In this document: positions 27,001 to 36,400 of the stretch, piece after piece
Layout: each line of letters starts with the position of its first letter
Numbering within the stretch: the first letter of the stretch is position 1
NCBI GenBank assembly: GCA_041660885.1
Contig: JBAZVM010000008.1
Span: 7,537-71,536, forward strand
Length of the DNA: 64,000 nucleotides
Source: Patescibacteria group bacterium
GTDB lineage: Bacteria > Patescibacteriota > Patescibacteriia > UBA9570 > JAHJKD01
Direction of reading: 5' to 3'
Made by a program: the position numbers and the translations under genes
The notes under the pieces: model-generated
Databases searched by the model: none
Seen by the model: only the letters and a program-made list of their open reading frames with translations
Told to the model about the DNA's origin: nothing

Positions 27001-30000
27001 CGCTTGTTGGAATGTTAAGATCAGCGCTCGCGCCAAACATAGAAGCCCATGTTCCTCCGCTGTCAGTAATGTTTCCTCCTGTCCAAGTATTCGTCGTAGA
27101 TGTAATAGTAGTATCGGAATTCAATAAAAGATGCCCATCGTTGGAAATTGTTACCGCATCAAATGTAAATGAAGCCGGCGTACCGCTATTAGTAAGCGGT
27201 GTTTTACCATAATATTTCACTCCGTTTGTCACATCATCATGGCTGCCGTTGTCAATCACTAAGAGATCACTATTTAAAGTGTTATCTTTCCAATAGACCG
27301 TGCCGGCGCCGCCAAAATAAGTGCCTCCGGTTATCCAACCGCCATAAGCTGTCGGTGTGATTGTTGAAGAGTTGGTGTCATAGTAAATGGCTATGCGTCC
27401 GCCGCCGCCGCCTTCACCACTAGTATTGCATGGGTTGCCCCCTCTGACAGTGATAGTACCCGCTCCTTGAAGCGTTGCCGCATCAAGATATACCGAACCG
27501 CCGGAACCACCGCCGCTGGAGTCGCATTGCCCGCCAGAGGGATCATTCGCGTTGGCAGAAATACTTCCGGAAAGAATTAAGTTACCGCCAACAGTTAGCT
27601 TAACAGCTCCGCCGCCCCAGATAGTTCTTTCATCGCAGTACCAGCAACTGCCCGAACTACCTATATCCGTCGGCGCGGTAAGAGATCCGTAAATTAAACC
27701 CGAAGTTGCGCTTGGGTTATACCCTTGCCCGCCATAACTAGCTCCCTTGTTATTATTATCAGGCTTTCCATCTCCGTAGCCAGAATAGAATCCTTTTCCC
27801 ACCGCATTTATAGAAGCATCGGATTGAATGGTAAAATTATTTGTAGTTGTTAAATCCATCTTATAACTGGCTACCGAATAATTTTGTGAATGTGTTAAGA
27901 CTCCATGGACATCCATACTATTGAATGTACGCGTCGTATCCGCGAACAAATAAGATCCGTCAGGCACAACCACATCCGCATCGCTGGCAAAATAATCGTC
28001 TAATATGCCGCCCCGATCCGTTATGTTCCCTCCGGTCCAATCAAAGTGCGTATAATCAATAGTTGTATCGGAATTTAATAGAAGATTTCCGTCATTTGAT
28101 ATGGTAAGCGTATCAATAGTCAGCGAAAGAGGCGTGCCGCTGGGAGTTAGCGGGGTTCTGCCAATCCAATAATCGCTAATGGTATAATTATGGGAATTAT
28201 TATCAATAATTAAATTCTCATAAGCGTCTAAATTTCCATTTATATAAACCGTACCGGCTCCGCCCAATCCTTCGGGATAACTCGCATTATAGCCGCCATA
28301 GGCGGTTGGCGTGCTAGAATAAGTATCATGATCGTAATATAGAGCTACGCGTCCGCCGCCGCCGGATTTATTAGAACCGGTGCTGCCGTCCGCTGTTATC
28401 GCTCCCGCTCCGTCTATAGTATCAACATCCAAATAAATTGAACCGCCTCCAGCGCCATATTCGGATCCGCTGGTGCCGACAGCGACAATTGTGCCAGTCA
28501 TGGTTAGTGTACCGCCAACTGTAAGCTGCACGGCGCCGCCGCCATTAGTGGAACTAGAAACGGAACCGCCACCACCGCTACCTAATGTTATCGGATTAGT
28601 TATGGAACCGTAAGTCAATGATTTATCGTACCAGACCGAACCGGCTCCTTGCCCTCCATGACCACCACCGCTGCCTCGGCCATATGAGTCTCCTCCGCCG
28701 TGTCCGTCTCCTTGTTCATAAAAAAATCCGCGGGAGGTGACATTAACAGAACCGCCCGAGGCAATATTAAAATTTCCCGTTGTTTCCACATTTAAGCGAT
28801 ATACGGCCGTAGAATAATTTTGCGAATGAGTTAGCGTGCCATTCACTTCCATGGAAGTATAGGCTGAGCCGCCTGTTCTTGCTGAATTGGCGTATAGATA
28901 GGATCCGATCGGAACAACTACGGCACCGGAAGTGACAGTACTTAAAGAACCTCCATTATCCGTAATATTTCCACCTGTCCAATTTAGCGTTGTGCTGCAA
29001 GTTAGAGTTTGCCCGCTCTCTAACGCTAAATGTCCGTCATTACTAATGGTGCAAGTATTATAAGACGCGGTGCTAAGAGGGGTTTTTCCAATATAGAAAT
29101 CACCAACTTGGCCGGTGCTGTCTTTGCTGTTGTTATCTATAATTACGGTATCCGTAACTGCGGTGTTATCTTTTATATAAATCGTGCCGGCGCCGCCGAA
29201 ATGCGTACTAGTACCCCCGTAATTTCCGCCATAAGCTTGCTTCGTAATGCTGGAACTGTTGTCCGTGTCGTAGTAAATGGCAATGCGTCCCCCGCCACCA
29301 TCGCCGTAGGCATTAGAATTCCCCGTCGCACCATTTACAGTTACTGTTCCCGCTCCGGATAGAGTGCCGACACTAAGATAAATAGATCCACCCGACCCTC
29401 CGGCGCCAAGGCTGGTATGGTTTCCGCCATCCGCGTGAATGTGTCCGGAAATAGTTGCCTCGCCTTCCACGGTTAAACGCGCGGCACCGCCGCCTCTGGA
29501 ATCGCCGCAACAATAAGTGCCGCCCCCGCATCCCAGATCCACTGGCGCGGTCACGGAACCGTATGAGCTTCCACCGGCTCCGGAATATCCATCTCCGCCT
29601 GTTCCGCCGTATCCGCCGCCGCCGGAAGTATTGCCGTTTGTGCCCTTTCCGGTTCCATACCCGGAAATATATCCTTTACTGCTGACATCAATCGCTCCGG
29701 CCATAGTGGCATCTCCGGTTTGCACATCTATATAAACCGAACCAACAACAGAACCGGAAGAAGCCGCGGTATGCGTAATCGTGCCATTTGATTCAACTGT
29801 TAAATCATCTTCATCTATATTAAGCGCTCCGGATGTGATCGCGTCATAATCAAAATTTAAAATAGTCGGGTTTGTGCCGCCTAAAGTTAATGAATTAACA
29901 GTTGTAGTGCCATTGATATTAATGGTTTCATTATAATCAATCAAAACATCGTCCGCGGCATCTGGCACGGTATCATCGGACCAATTTTCTTTAGTCTCCC

Positions 30001-30397
30001 AATCGTTATCCACGCCACCGCTATCCCAAGAAACACTCGCTGCTCGCGCTTCTTTCGTTAACAAAGGCTGTCGAGAAAAGGCAACAGTTGATAAATCAAC
30101 GAAATAGATTAAAGAAATAATGCCAAGACCTAAGGCAATGGTATAAGCACGCACTCCTCTTTTTAGTTTAAGATGCTCGTGGTAAGAATGTTTATATGTA
30201 CTATTCTTACGCTGTTTGGCTTCAAAGTTAAAGCTATGGTAAGGACTTAAGAATAATAAGTAAAAAGCATGAACAACGGAGTAAATACAGATTAAAGGTA
30301 ATAATAATAGTTTATGAAAAAACTTAGAAACAGGAGTTCTTTTCTTTTTATTGCTCTTTTTTATAATGTCTGAAATTCGCTTCACAAATAAAGACAT
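21014..30397 (-). CDS. Giant surface protein paralog 2 (3127 aa)
   Basis: An uninterrupted ORF. It has the shared N-module and about 5 Gly-rich beta-helix units of ~315 aa (GGGGRIAIYYDT, GGAGTIYIKD). Two DUF2341-like modules are present (..ELTNYQV...DADMQADFDDxRFTxSxGT..DYWLE...WVEVP...IYMYYGN), each followed by a ConA/LamG-like domain. FN3-like units and cadherin-like modules with NDAPTF/VNDTPIA boundaries come next, then the shared C-domain. Confidence 0.85.
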   Translation of the reverse strand: MSLFVKRISDIIKKSNKKKRTPVSKFFHKLLLLPLICIYSVVHAFYLLFLSPYHSFNFEAKQRKNSTYKHSYHEHLKLKRGVRAYTIALGLGIISLIYFVDLSTVAFSRQPLLTKEARAASVSWDSGGVDNDWETKENWSDDTVPDAADDVLIDYNETININGTTTVNSLTLGGTNPTILNFDYDAITSGALNIDEDDLTVESNGTITHTAASSGSVVGSVYIDVQTGDATMAGAIDVSSKGYISGYGTGKGTNGNTSGGGGYGGTGGDGYSGAGGSSYGSVTAPVDLGCGGGTYCCGDSRGGGAARLTVEGEATISGHIHADGGNHTSLGAGGSGGSIYLSVGTLSGAGTVTVNGATGNSNAYGDGGGGRIAIYYDTDNSSSITKQAYGGNYGGTSTHFGGAGTIYIKDNTAVTDTVIIDNNSKDSTGQVGDFYIGKTPLSTASYNTCTISNDGHLALESGQTLTCSTTLNWTGGNITDNGGSLSTVTSGAVVVPIGSYLYANSARTGGSAYTSMEVNGTLTHSQNYSTAVYRLNVETTGNFNIASGGSVNVTSRGFFYEQGDGHGGGDSYGRGSGGGHGGQGAGSVWYDKSLTYGSITNPITLGSGGGGSVSSSTNGGGAVQLTVGGTLTMTGTIVAVGTSGSEYGAGGGSIYLDVDTIDGAGAITADGSTGSNKSGGGGRVALYYDHDTYSSTPTAYGGYNASYPEGLGGAGTVYINGNLDAYENLIIDNNSHNYTISDYWIGRTPLTPSGTPLSLTIDTLTISNDGNLLLNSDTTIDYTHFDWTGGNITDRGGILDDYFASDADVVVPDGSYLFADTTRTFNSMDVHGVLTHSQNYSVASYKMDLTTTNNFTIQSDASINAVGKGFYSGYGDGKPDNNNKGASYGGQGYNPSATSGLIYGSLTAPTDIGSSGSCWYCDERTIWGGGAVKLTVGGNLILSGSISANANDPSGGQCDSSGGGSGGSVYLDAATLQGAGTITVRGGNPCNTSGEGGGGGRIAIYYDTNSSTITPTAYGGWITGGTYFGGAGTVYWKDNTLNSDLLVIDNGSHDDVTNGVKYYGKTPLTNSGTPASFTFDAVTISNDGHLLLNSDTTITSTTNTWTGGNITDSGGTWASMFGASADLNIPTSAILYADTTRSINSLDVDGTMTTSKNTTAETYKIVYTTTGDATIGATGTINVDGKGYNGGYGDGHGHDAGTYGSGGGYGGRGGNTSDGGDTGGATYGSETAPSNIGSGGMGSTASNYGSSGGGAVKLTVGGNMSVGGTISANGGSDYSGSSSNYGGGSGGSVWAAITGSLTGSANITTNGSSAQTANAGAGGGGRIYISTSDDSYGGSLSVIAGTTGYAGEAGTSSLIEVSVADTPSFSSPLNNSYNNSLTPTMTGSAYVSDITHNTTDWKIVASTDTCSDAAVWESEHDAVNLTSITVGAGLSNNTTYKSCVRYTNDAGDSDWGSVTFTTEYDYPSTDATWHFNEAVVGDNYDYNNTYVELDASSNSLARLKDQGAGVYKGAPLLNYTKRKEITVTNATASELTNYQVKLDVLYDADMQADFDDLRFTTSNGTTEIDYWLESKTDSSRAVVWVEVPTISASSSATIYMYYGNATVSSGSSGDNTFIFFDDFNRDDSTSLGADWSEYGDGNWQISSNTLYRPDVSSGTIDKVLANVDGSLLSVTDTIIDAKVNLSTVGGGDSHIYLLGRGNALTTSSSREYALTAHVASTTLQLLDENIVWKASTTTAQATGEWWNWRFQIEGNNIRGKSWILNTPDSGGWSVADTATTNNSGYVGMATYNTGTAAAYFDDFRVRQNVSSEPIIAWTEESSIALADWSKRQIFTVFNNTASELTNYQVRIPVSYDADMQADFDDIRFTSSNGTSLIDYWLESKTDSTRAYFWVEVPSVGASSSANIYMYYGNAGVSSASSGTDTFEFFDDFSGDLSKWVAIAGTFDTTGGTLNYVSGAGYNFIMADSASSFTNYAMDYDLYAHTTMDNGMMHRSQAKNNADNVDVSIKRHPVNTNYFHHRVSAGWGGILNSKDYTFSDNVWMYMSEIFSGTTLNTKYYTDQEKTALVASNSYTEATWTSGYVGLYNYETSTGAKIDNFRIRKYATIEPTLVPGGIENNSTFSDITVSPSLAGTHPTYTNLLGISATTGTVEGSIGYNISDNGTDWYYHNGAAWTAVTSEPSQYNTIEQVNAYLINFPSEIGTGDFYFKAFLISDTTEEVELDSITLEYDATANAPTLTMSDSTRTPAMSGSAYSGYGEHQSSDWTISTSNSCVSNIVWSKDNDAVNKTSITANSTNGTFSGALAGKTRLTANTSYYACVRYASPGGDSDWSTPVNFTSAANNVPPTPTNSLPINGATDQSKNATLTASAFSDSDSDPHTSSDWYVYESSDCSGSAIWQKEDSGTNLTSIDIDSTDGSFQNSHAGKTDLKGHTQYSFKVRYSDDQTSGDSSYSSCTNFTTLNTSPALDSSIPTQNLTEDVNTPNAFDLDTYFSDADWNDNDLYTCTATNDLAAALGTMTINGDQTIDFTLLANATGTDTIQFSCEDLGSASTASNSITVNVSNVNDAPTFAGIISVMAWDEDTTKTNAFDLDTYFTDIDPGDSCTYTVPTDPANITVSIDGDNKVSFTPDANYNGNQTVKFRCTDTGLATVDSNDITLTVDPVNDTPIADAGVDINTNESAGSVALSGTGSDVDTGDVITYAWTEVSDSGDGCSLDNNTSATPTVTLLNKESSYDCVYSLTVNDGTVDSGVDQITIHVTASNDAPTFVTDINDSVTVDEGDTIVLPITAADVDSSAITLDAVDMLGNLSNINELFTDHGNKSGTFTWHTGADDAGTYQVRFDATDAENTVSHTLDITVNNVSEQTNTPPYFVGSLPNVSFYSGITTAALFDLNDYFADAEGDVLTYSATGNEEITVNIEEGIVTMETDNNYSGQEAMNFIAEDPSGETATSNAIIVTVSKFTESDIDHITGTNRGRGIIKVWTKNNELITSWQAFGVGGVIPRLAAIKNNSYIFAIKKRSGTTLHAYTIRGRLLAKKRLSPKLHWRKIAIGDLDGRINTEETAIATKRASSIYFKIYSFNPDSHHFTLEKRSKFKYVRKDYRLQIEDQNVIVVLNGKGKEVYRWKPF
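22380..23800. repeat. Long inter-paralog repeat, copy A (partner 31870-33290)
   Basis: The DNA aligns by eye with 31870-33290 at a constant offset of about 9490. The core, about 22690-23800, is nearly identical. It encodes the identical peptide FYFKAFLISDTTEEVELDSITLEYDATANAPTLTMSDSTRTPAMSGSAYSGYGEHQSSDWTISTSNSCVSNIVWSKDNDAVNK... Confidence 0.8.
26340..29900. repeat. Internal tandem array of ~0.95-kb Gly-rich beta-helix units in paralog 2
   Basis: Recurring protein blocks: ...NV.GKGY.GGYG.G.......GG.YGG.GG.......YGS...P...GSGG......GGGA.KLTVGG.L...G.I.A.G......GGGSGGS.Y......G.G.ITA.G......GGGGRIAIYYD......P.AYGG.......GGAGT.Y... Boundaries are approximate. Confidence 0.6.
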
Positions 30398-30421
30398 TGA
30401 AGTGAAAAAATTATTAATAAT

Positions 30422-30430
30422 ATTATAACA
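30422..30430 (-). promoter_or_regulatory. Extended -10 promoter TGTTATAAT for giant paralog 2
   Basis: The minus strand reads ttttTGTTATAATattatt, about 24 nt before ATG 30397. The same 9-mer precedes paralog 3. Confidence 0.45.
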
Positions 30431-30432
30431 AA

Positions 30433-30465
30433 AAATACGAAATAAAACAATCAGTTTTCGTATTT
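30433..30465 (-). terminator. Candidate intrinsic terminator after giant paralog 3
   Basis: The minus strand reads AAATACGAAA-actgattgtttta-TTTCGTATTT followed by TTTT. The stem is 10 bp and AT-rich, extendable by flanking A/T runs. Confidence 0.45.
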
Positions 30466-30484
30466 TTTTATGTGATAAAAAATT

Positions 30485-33400
30485 CTATTCAAACGGAGTC
30501 CAACGAAAGACTTCTTTGCCCTTGTCGTTAAGAACTATGATGACGTTTTTATTTTCTATTTGCAGGCGATAATCCTGGCGCACATATCTGAACATGCTTC
30601 TCTTTTGTAAATGAAATTTATTATCATCGGTATTGAAACTATAAACTTTTAAGTAAATGGAAGCTCCACGTTTAGAAGCAACCACAATTTCTTCCGTGTT
30701 CTTAGTGGTGTTTAGATTGCCCACGGACATCTTTCTCCAATGCAATTTGGGAGATAATCTTTTTGCTGTGATGAAATTGCCATCTATATCGTAAGCGCGA
30801 ATAGAAGAGCCAGCTCTCTTTTTTACGGCAAAGACATACATATGATTTTTAATCTCGGCTAATCTGGGAATCACTCCGCCTACGGGGAAAGCTTGGAAAG
30901 TGGTTATCAAAACATTATCTTCCGTATAAAGGTTTACTATACCTCTTCCCCTGTTGGTACCGGTACAGTAATTCACTTCTTGGTCTTCGGTATTTCCATC
31001 TTCCGCCGCGGTAACGCTGACAATCATTTCATTGCTTTCCGCCGTGGCGCCATCCGGATCAGCCGCGATAAAACGCATATCTTCGGAGCCTTCGTAACTT
31101 GCATCAGCGGTAAATGTCACTTCGCCATTATCATTTATATTTGCAGTAACATCTTGATTTCCGGCAACGCTATAGGTTAATAGATCGCCATTAGGATCAG
31201 AGAAATAATCATCAAGGTCAAATACAACCGGGGTAGTTGTGCCAGCAATAAAGGAAACGTTATCTAAACTGCCGGCAAACATCGGGGCGATATTAGTTTC
31301 AATTACGGTTATGTTTAATACTTGAGTAACATTATTATCGCTGTCGCTGGCTTGGAAAGTAGTAGTATAGGTACCGGCTTGATCCAGGGTTGGGGTCCAA
31401 GCAAAAGTGCCGGTGTTATTGCCATTGTCGGTAAACAAAGTAGCAATGTCTACTCCGATATTTGAATAATCATTAGTCGTATCCAAAGCGCTTAATGTTA
31501 GGCTGGAGGTATCAACATCGTTGGCCCCTACCGAGAAAGTAAGATGAGAGCCGGTGCCAATGGTTTTTTCATCAATAGACACAAAAGATGGAGCATCGTT
31601 ATCAGCGGCTACTTCTATGAGCATATCATCAGCCGCGGAAGTTACGGTGCCATCATTTACTTCCAAAGAATATCGGCAAGCGTAATTAGAACTTTTATTA
31701 ATAATTGCCACTGAGGGATTAATGGTGGTGGATCCGGTTAAGCTGCAAGCATCAGAGGCATCCAGCGTTTCTACCCATTGGTAAGTTATAACATCGCCGG
31801 TATCAACATCGCTTGATCCGGAACCATCCAGCGTAACCGTGGCTGCATCTTCATTCACATTTTGGTTGCTTCCGGCATTAGCTATTGGCGTATCATTAAC
31901 CGGATTAACCGTCAAAGAAATGTCTCCGCTGTCCACTGTGGCCAAGCCAACATCCGTGCATCTGAATTTAACAGTTTGGCTGCCGTTGTAATTTGCGTCA
32001 GGAGAGAATGATACTTCATTGTCTCCGTCTATGTTTACGGTAATGTTGGCGGGGTCTGTTGGTACGGTATAGGTACAGCTGTCTCCGGGGTCGATATCAG
32101 TAAAATAAGTATCTAAATCAAAAGCTAGATTTTTGTCAGTATCTTCATTCCAAGCAGCTACTGTCGGTGATCCGGCAAAGGTTGGGGCATCATTAACATT
32201 AGCAACATTCACGGTGATGGAATTGGAAGCAGTGGAAGCGCTGCCTAAGTCTTCACAAGAGAATTGGATGGTATCCGTGCCAGTGGCATTGGCTAATAAG
32301 GTAAAGTCTATGGTTTGGTCTCCGTTAATAGTCATGGTGCCTAATGCTGCGGATAAATCATTGGTAGCAGTGCAAGTATATAGGTCGTTATCATTCCAAT
32401 CAGCATCAGAGAAGTAAGTGTCTAAATCAAAAGCATTGGGTGTATTTACATCTTCTGTTAAGTTTTGAGTGGGTATACTGCTATCTAAAGCAGGTGAAGT
32501 ATTTAACGTGGTGAAATTGGTGCAAGAAGAATAGCTGGAGTCTCCACTGGTTTGATCATCAGAGTATCTTACTTTGAAAGAATATTGAGTGTGTCCTTTT
32601 AAGTTTGTTTTACCAAGATGGCTGTCTAAGAAAGAGCCGTCTGTGCCATCTATATCTATACTGGCTAAATTAGTAGCGGTGTCGACAGCGCTCCAAATAG
32701 CAGAACCGGAACAATCAGAAGATTCGTACACATACCAATCACTATATGTGTGCGGATCTGAATCAGAGTCGCTAAAGGCGGAAGCGGTTAAAGTGGCATT
32801 CTTGCTTTGGTCTGTGGCACCATTGGTTGGCAAAGAATTGGTGGGGGTAGAGGGAACATTATTAGCAGCCGAGGTAAAGTTTACCGGAGTGGACCAATCT
32901 GAATCTCCTCCCGGAGAAGCGTATCTAACGCAAGCGTAATAACTGGTATTGGCTGTTAATCTTGTTTTTCCTGCTAATGCTCCTGAGAAGGTACCATTGG
33001 TGCTGTTGGCTGTTATGCTGGTTTTATTTACGGCGTCGTTGTCTTTAGACCAAACAATATTGCTAACGCAAGAATTGCTGGTGGAAATAGTCCAATCAGA
33101 GCTTTGATGTTCGCCATAACCGCTGTAAGCGCTGCCGCTCATAGCCGGAGTCCTAGTTGAATCGCTCATGGTTAGAGTGGGGGCGTTGGCTGTGGCATCG
33201 TATTCCAGAGTAATACTGTCTAATTCCACTTCTTCCGTGGTATCGGAGATTAAGAAAGCTTTGAAGTAGAAATCTCCTGTGCCTACATCAGTGGCAAAGG
33301 TTGGTAAATAGGCGTTTACTTCGGCTATAGTATTGTATTGGGATGCTATACTTGTAACTGCTTCCCAAGAAGTACCATCATGGTAATACCAATTCGTGCC

Positions 33401-36400
33401 ATCATTAGAAATATTATAAACAACCAATCCCTCCATATTACCATCTGTAGCGCTAAGCCCTAACAAAGTTCCAAAGGTTGGATGCGTTCCAGCTAAAGAA
33501 GGAGATACGGTTATTTCTGAAAAGAAGCGACTCGTTTCTGTCTCATCCGGTATTAAAGTAGGTTCAGGAAAAGCATATTCTCGAATAAGAGTTTTCCCAG
33601 GATAGCTTGATGTTGAATAACTAGTATTTTGGTACAAATCCGCTCTTTCATCCGCCGTCAGCATTCCAGTATAAACATTAATTTCATCCATTCTTCCCGT
33701 CCACCATCTCCCGCCACCACCCCATCTGCCAAATCTTAAATATTGCCCGCTGAAAGATATCGTGGAAGCTCCGCCAGAACCAACCAGCGATCCATTCACG
33801 TAAACCCACGATCCAGTCGTATCTTTGATCGCGACAATGTGCTGCCAATTACTGGCGGTTAAATCAAACGTTCCTGTAATGCCATTAAAACCATACCGAT
33901 TTGTTGTTCCGCCGTCTTGTTGCATAACGAAGTTATGAGAAGCGTCATGATTATTATCAAAAATGTCCGCGTATGTATTTTGAGTCGCGCCCGGCCTTAC
34001 CCAAAGGCTGATAGAAAAAGTCTGGTAGTCAAGCCACGACCCCATATCAATATTATCGTCCGAACCATCAAATGCAATGCAAGTGCCGCTATGACAATTA
34101 GCCGCTGTTTGCCACGCCGGTATTCCAGCTAATGTTCCACTGTGCGAAGAACCCGACTGATCAACTAAGGATGTTCCCGATCCTTCTTCCATAAGAAGAG
34201 AGGAGGTGTTTCCACTTATTTCTCTAATGAAAGTATCTGCCACACTAGATAAAGAAGTCGCTGTATTATTTCCATAATACAGATAAAAAGTTGCCGTTGA
34301 TGAGGCAGGAATCGTTGGCACTTCTACCCAGAAGTATGCCAAACTGGAATCCGTTTTGTTATCTAACCAATAGTCCAACAATGTTGTTCCGTCGGATGAG
34401 GTAAACCGAATGTCATCGAAATCCGCTTGCATGTCTGAATCATATGGGAGTGTAATTTTAACTTGATAATTCGTGAGTTCGGAAGCTGTATTATTTACGA
34501 TGCTGTAAGATTGCCGATAATTCCAATCCGCTAAAGCCGCGTTTGCGCTTGCTTCACCAACCCAAGCCGTGGTTGGTTCAGTCGCTGCGTACTTGCGAAC
34601 AAAAATCCAATCCCAATTTGCCGTGTAACTTTGTGAAGCGTAACCATCTGGTCTCTCGCCTAACATGATATATTCCGCACTTAATCCGCCATTATTATTT
34701 GTTATTGTTTGGGCTGATGTTGTACCTTCATTGTACATATAAATTGTAGACCCTGTGCCAATAGCAGTCATCTTTACCCTTATCCAATTAGTCATATATG
34801 TCCAATCAGCCCTAGTATATGCGCCATCGTTCCATGAATGAGGTAAATTGGTTGGATGGAACAAAAGATTATAACCATTGCTTGCTGAACCCCACCATCC
34901 GCCTATCATATGTCCATTGCTTGCTTCCGTGGTCACGTAGTGTCTTGTCTCTAAAATGTAATTGCCAGTGAATGTGCCTACGCTTTTCAATTGATAGTCG
35001 GTATTTCCGCCGTTCAAATATCCGCTGGATTCAGTAAAACCAGTGCCACTCTGCCACAATGCTAAATCAATAGAGCCGTCATCAAAATCATCACCAAACA
35101 CAAATGTATTGGAAATATCAGAATAGGCGGCAGCACTCGCATAACCGTAATACATATAGATAGTTGCAAAAGAAGAGGCGGGAATCGTTGGCACCTCTAA
35201 CCAAATTGTAGCTGATGTTGAATCTGTTTTTGTTTCTATCCAATAATCAAGAAGGGTTGTACCATCAGAGGAGGTAAACCTGATATCGTCAAAATCCGCT
35301 TGCATATCGGCATCATATAAAACATCAAACTTTACTTGATAATTTGTAAGTTCTGACGCGGTAGTATTGGAAACCATCATTGTTTTACGTTTAGGATAAT
35401 CAAGCAAAGGCGCGCCTTTATATACTCCGGCCCCTTGATCTTTTAATCTAGCCAAGCTGTTGCCGGAAGCGTCTAGCTCTGCATAAGTATCATTATAATC
35501 ATAATTATCTCCGACAACAGCTTCATTAAAATGCCACGTGGCATCGCTAGAGGGATAATTATATTCCGTGGTAATGGTAATATAATCCCAATCGCTGTCT
35601 CCAGCGGAATTGGTATAGCGCACGCAAGCTTTGTATGTTGTGTTATAAGATAAAGAAGTTCCTACGGTTATAGAAGTTAAATTTACCGCGTCATGTTCCG
35701 ATTCCCAAATAGCCGCATCATCGCAAGTGTCGGTTGAAGCGACAATTTTCCAATCGGAAGAGTCTTGCCCTAAGCCGTTATCGGAATAGGTAGAAGATGT
35801 GATTACCGGAGTAAGACTATTATTGTAAGAATTATCTAGCGGGTTGGAAATAGCAGGCGCATCAGGAACAGTGCGCTGAACTAATGAAGCAGTTCCGGAT
35901 TCTCCCGCGTATCCGGTTGTAGCTGTAGTTACACTCATGGATCCTAAATAGGTTGAAGTGCCAGCTATGGCATATATACGGCCGCCGCCGCCGGCTCCGG
36001 CATTGCCCATTCTCGCGTTTGAACCATTAGCACTAAGATTAGAGCTGCCAGATAAAGCACCGGTTGCATCCAACCATATTGAGCCTCCGGAACCTCCGCC
36101 CCAAGCCCAATCCCATCCGCTATAATCCGTGCCTCCGTTCGCACTCATCGCGCCTCCGACGCTCATATTTCCGCCCGCGAATAATTTTATCGCGCCGCCT
36201 CCGGAAGAACCATAATTTGAAGCCGCTTCCCCCTTTCCTCCCGAACCAATGTTTGAAGGAGCTGTCGCTGATCCGTAAGTAGCGCCGCCGGTGTCTCCGC
36301 CATCCGAAGTGTTTCCTCCGCGGCCGCCGTATCCTCCGCCAGATCCGTAACTGCCGGCATCATGGCCGTGGCCATCTCCGTATCCGCCGTTGAATCCTCT

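Noticed and set aside
22380-33290. Idea that the near-identical tracts in giant paralogs are a diversity-generating retroelement TR/VR pair
   Set aside because: No reverse transcriptase gene is in the window. The tract is over 1 kb, far longer than TR/VR pairs. The substitutions I compared are of mixed types rather than confined to adenine positions. Gene conversion between paralogs explains it.
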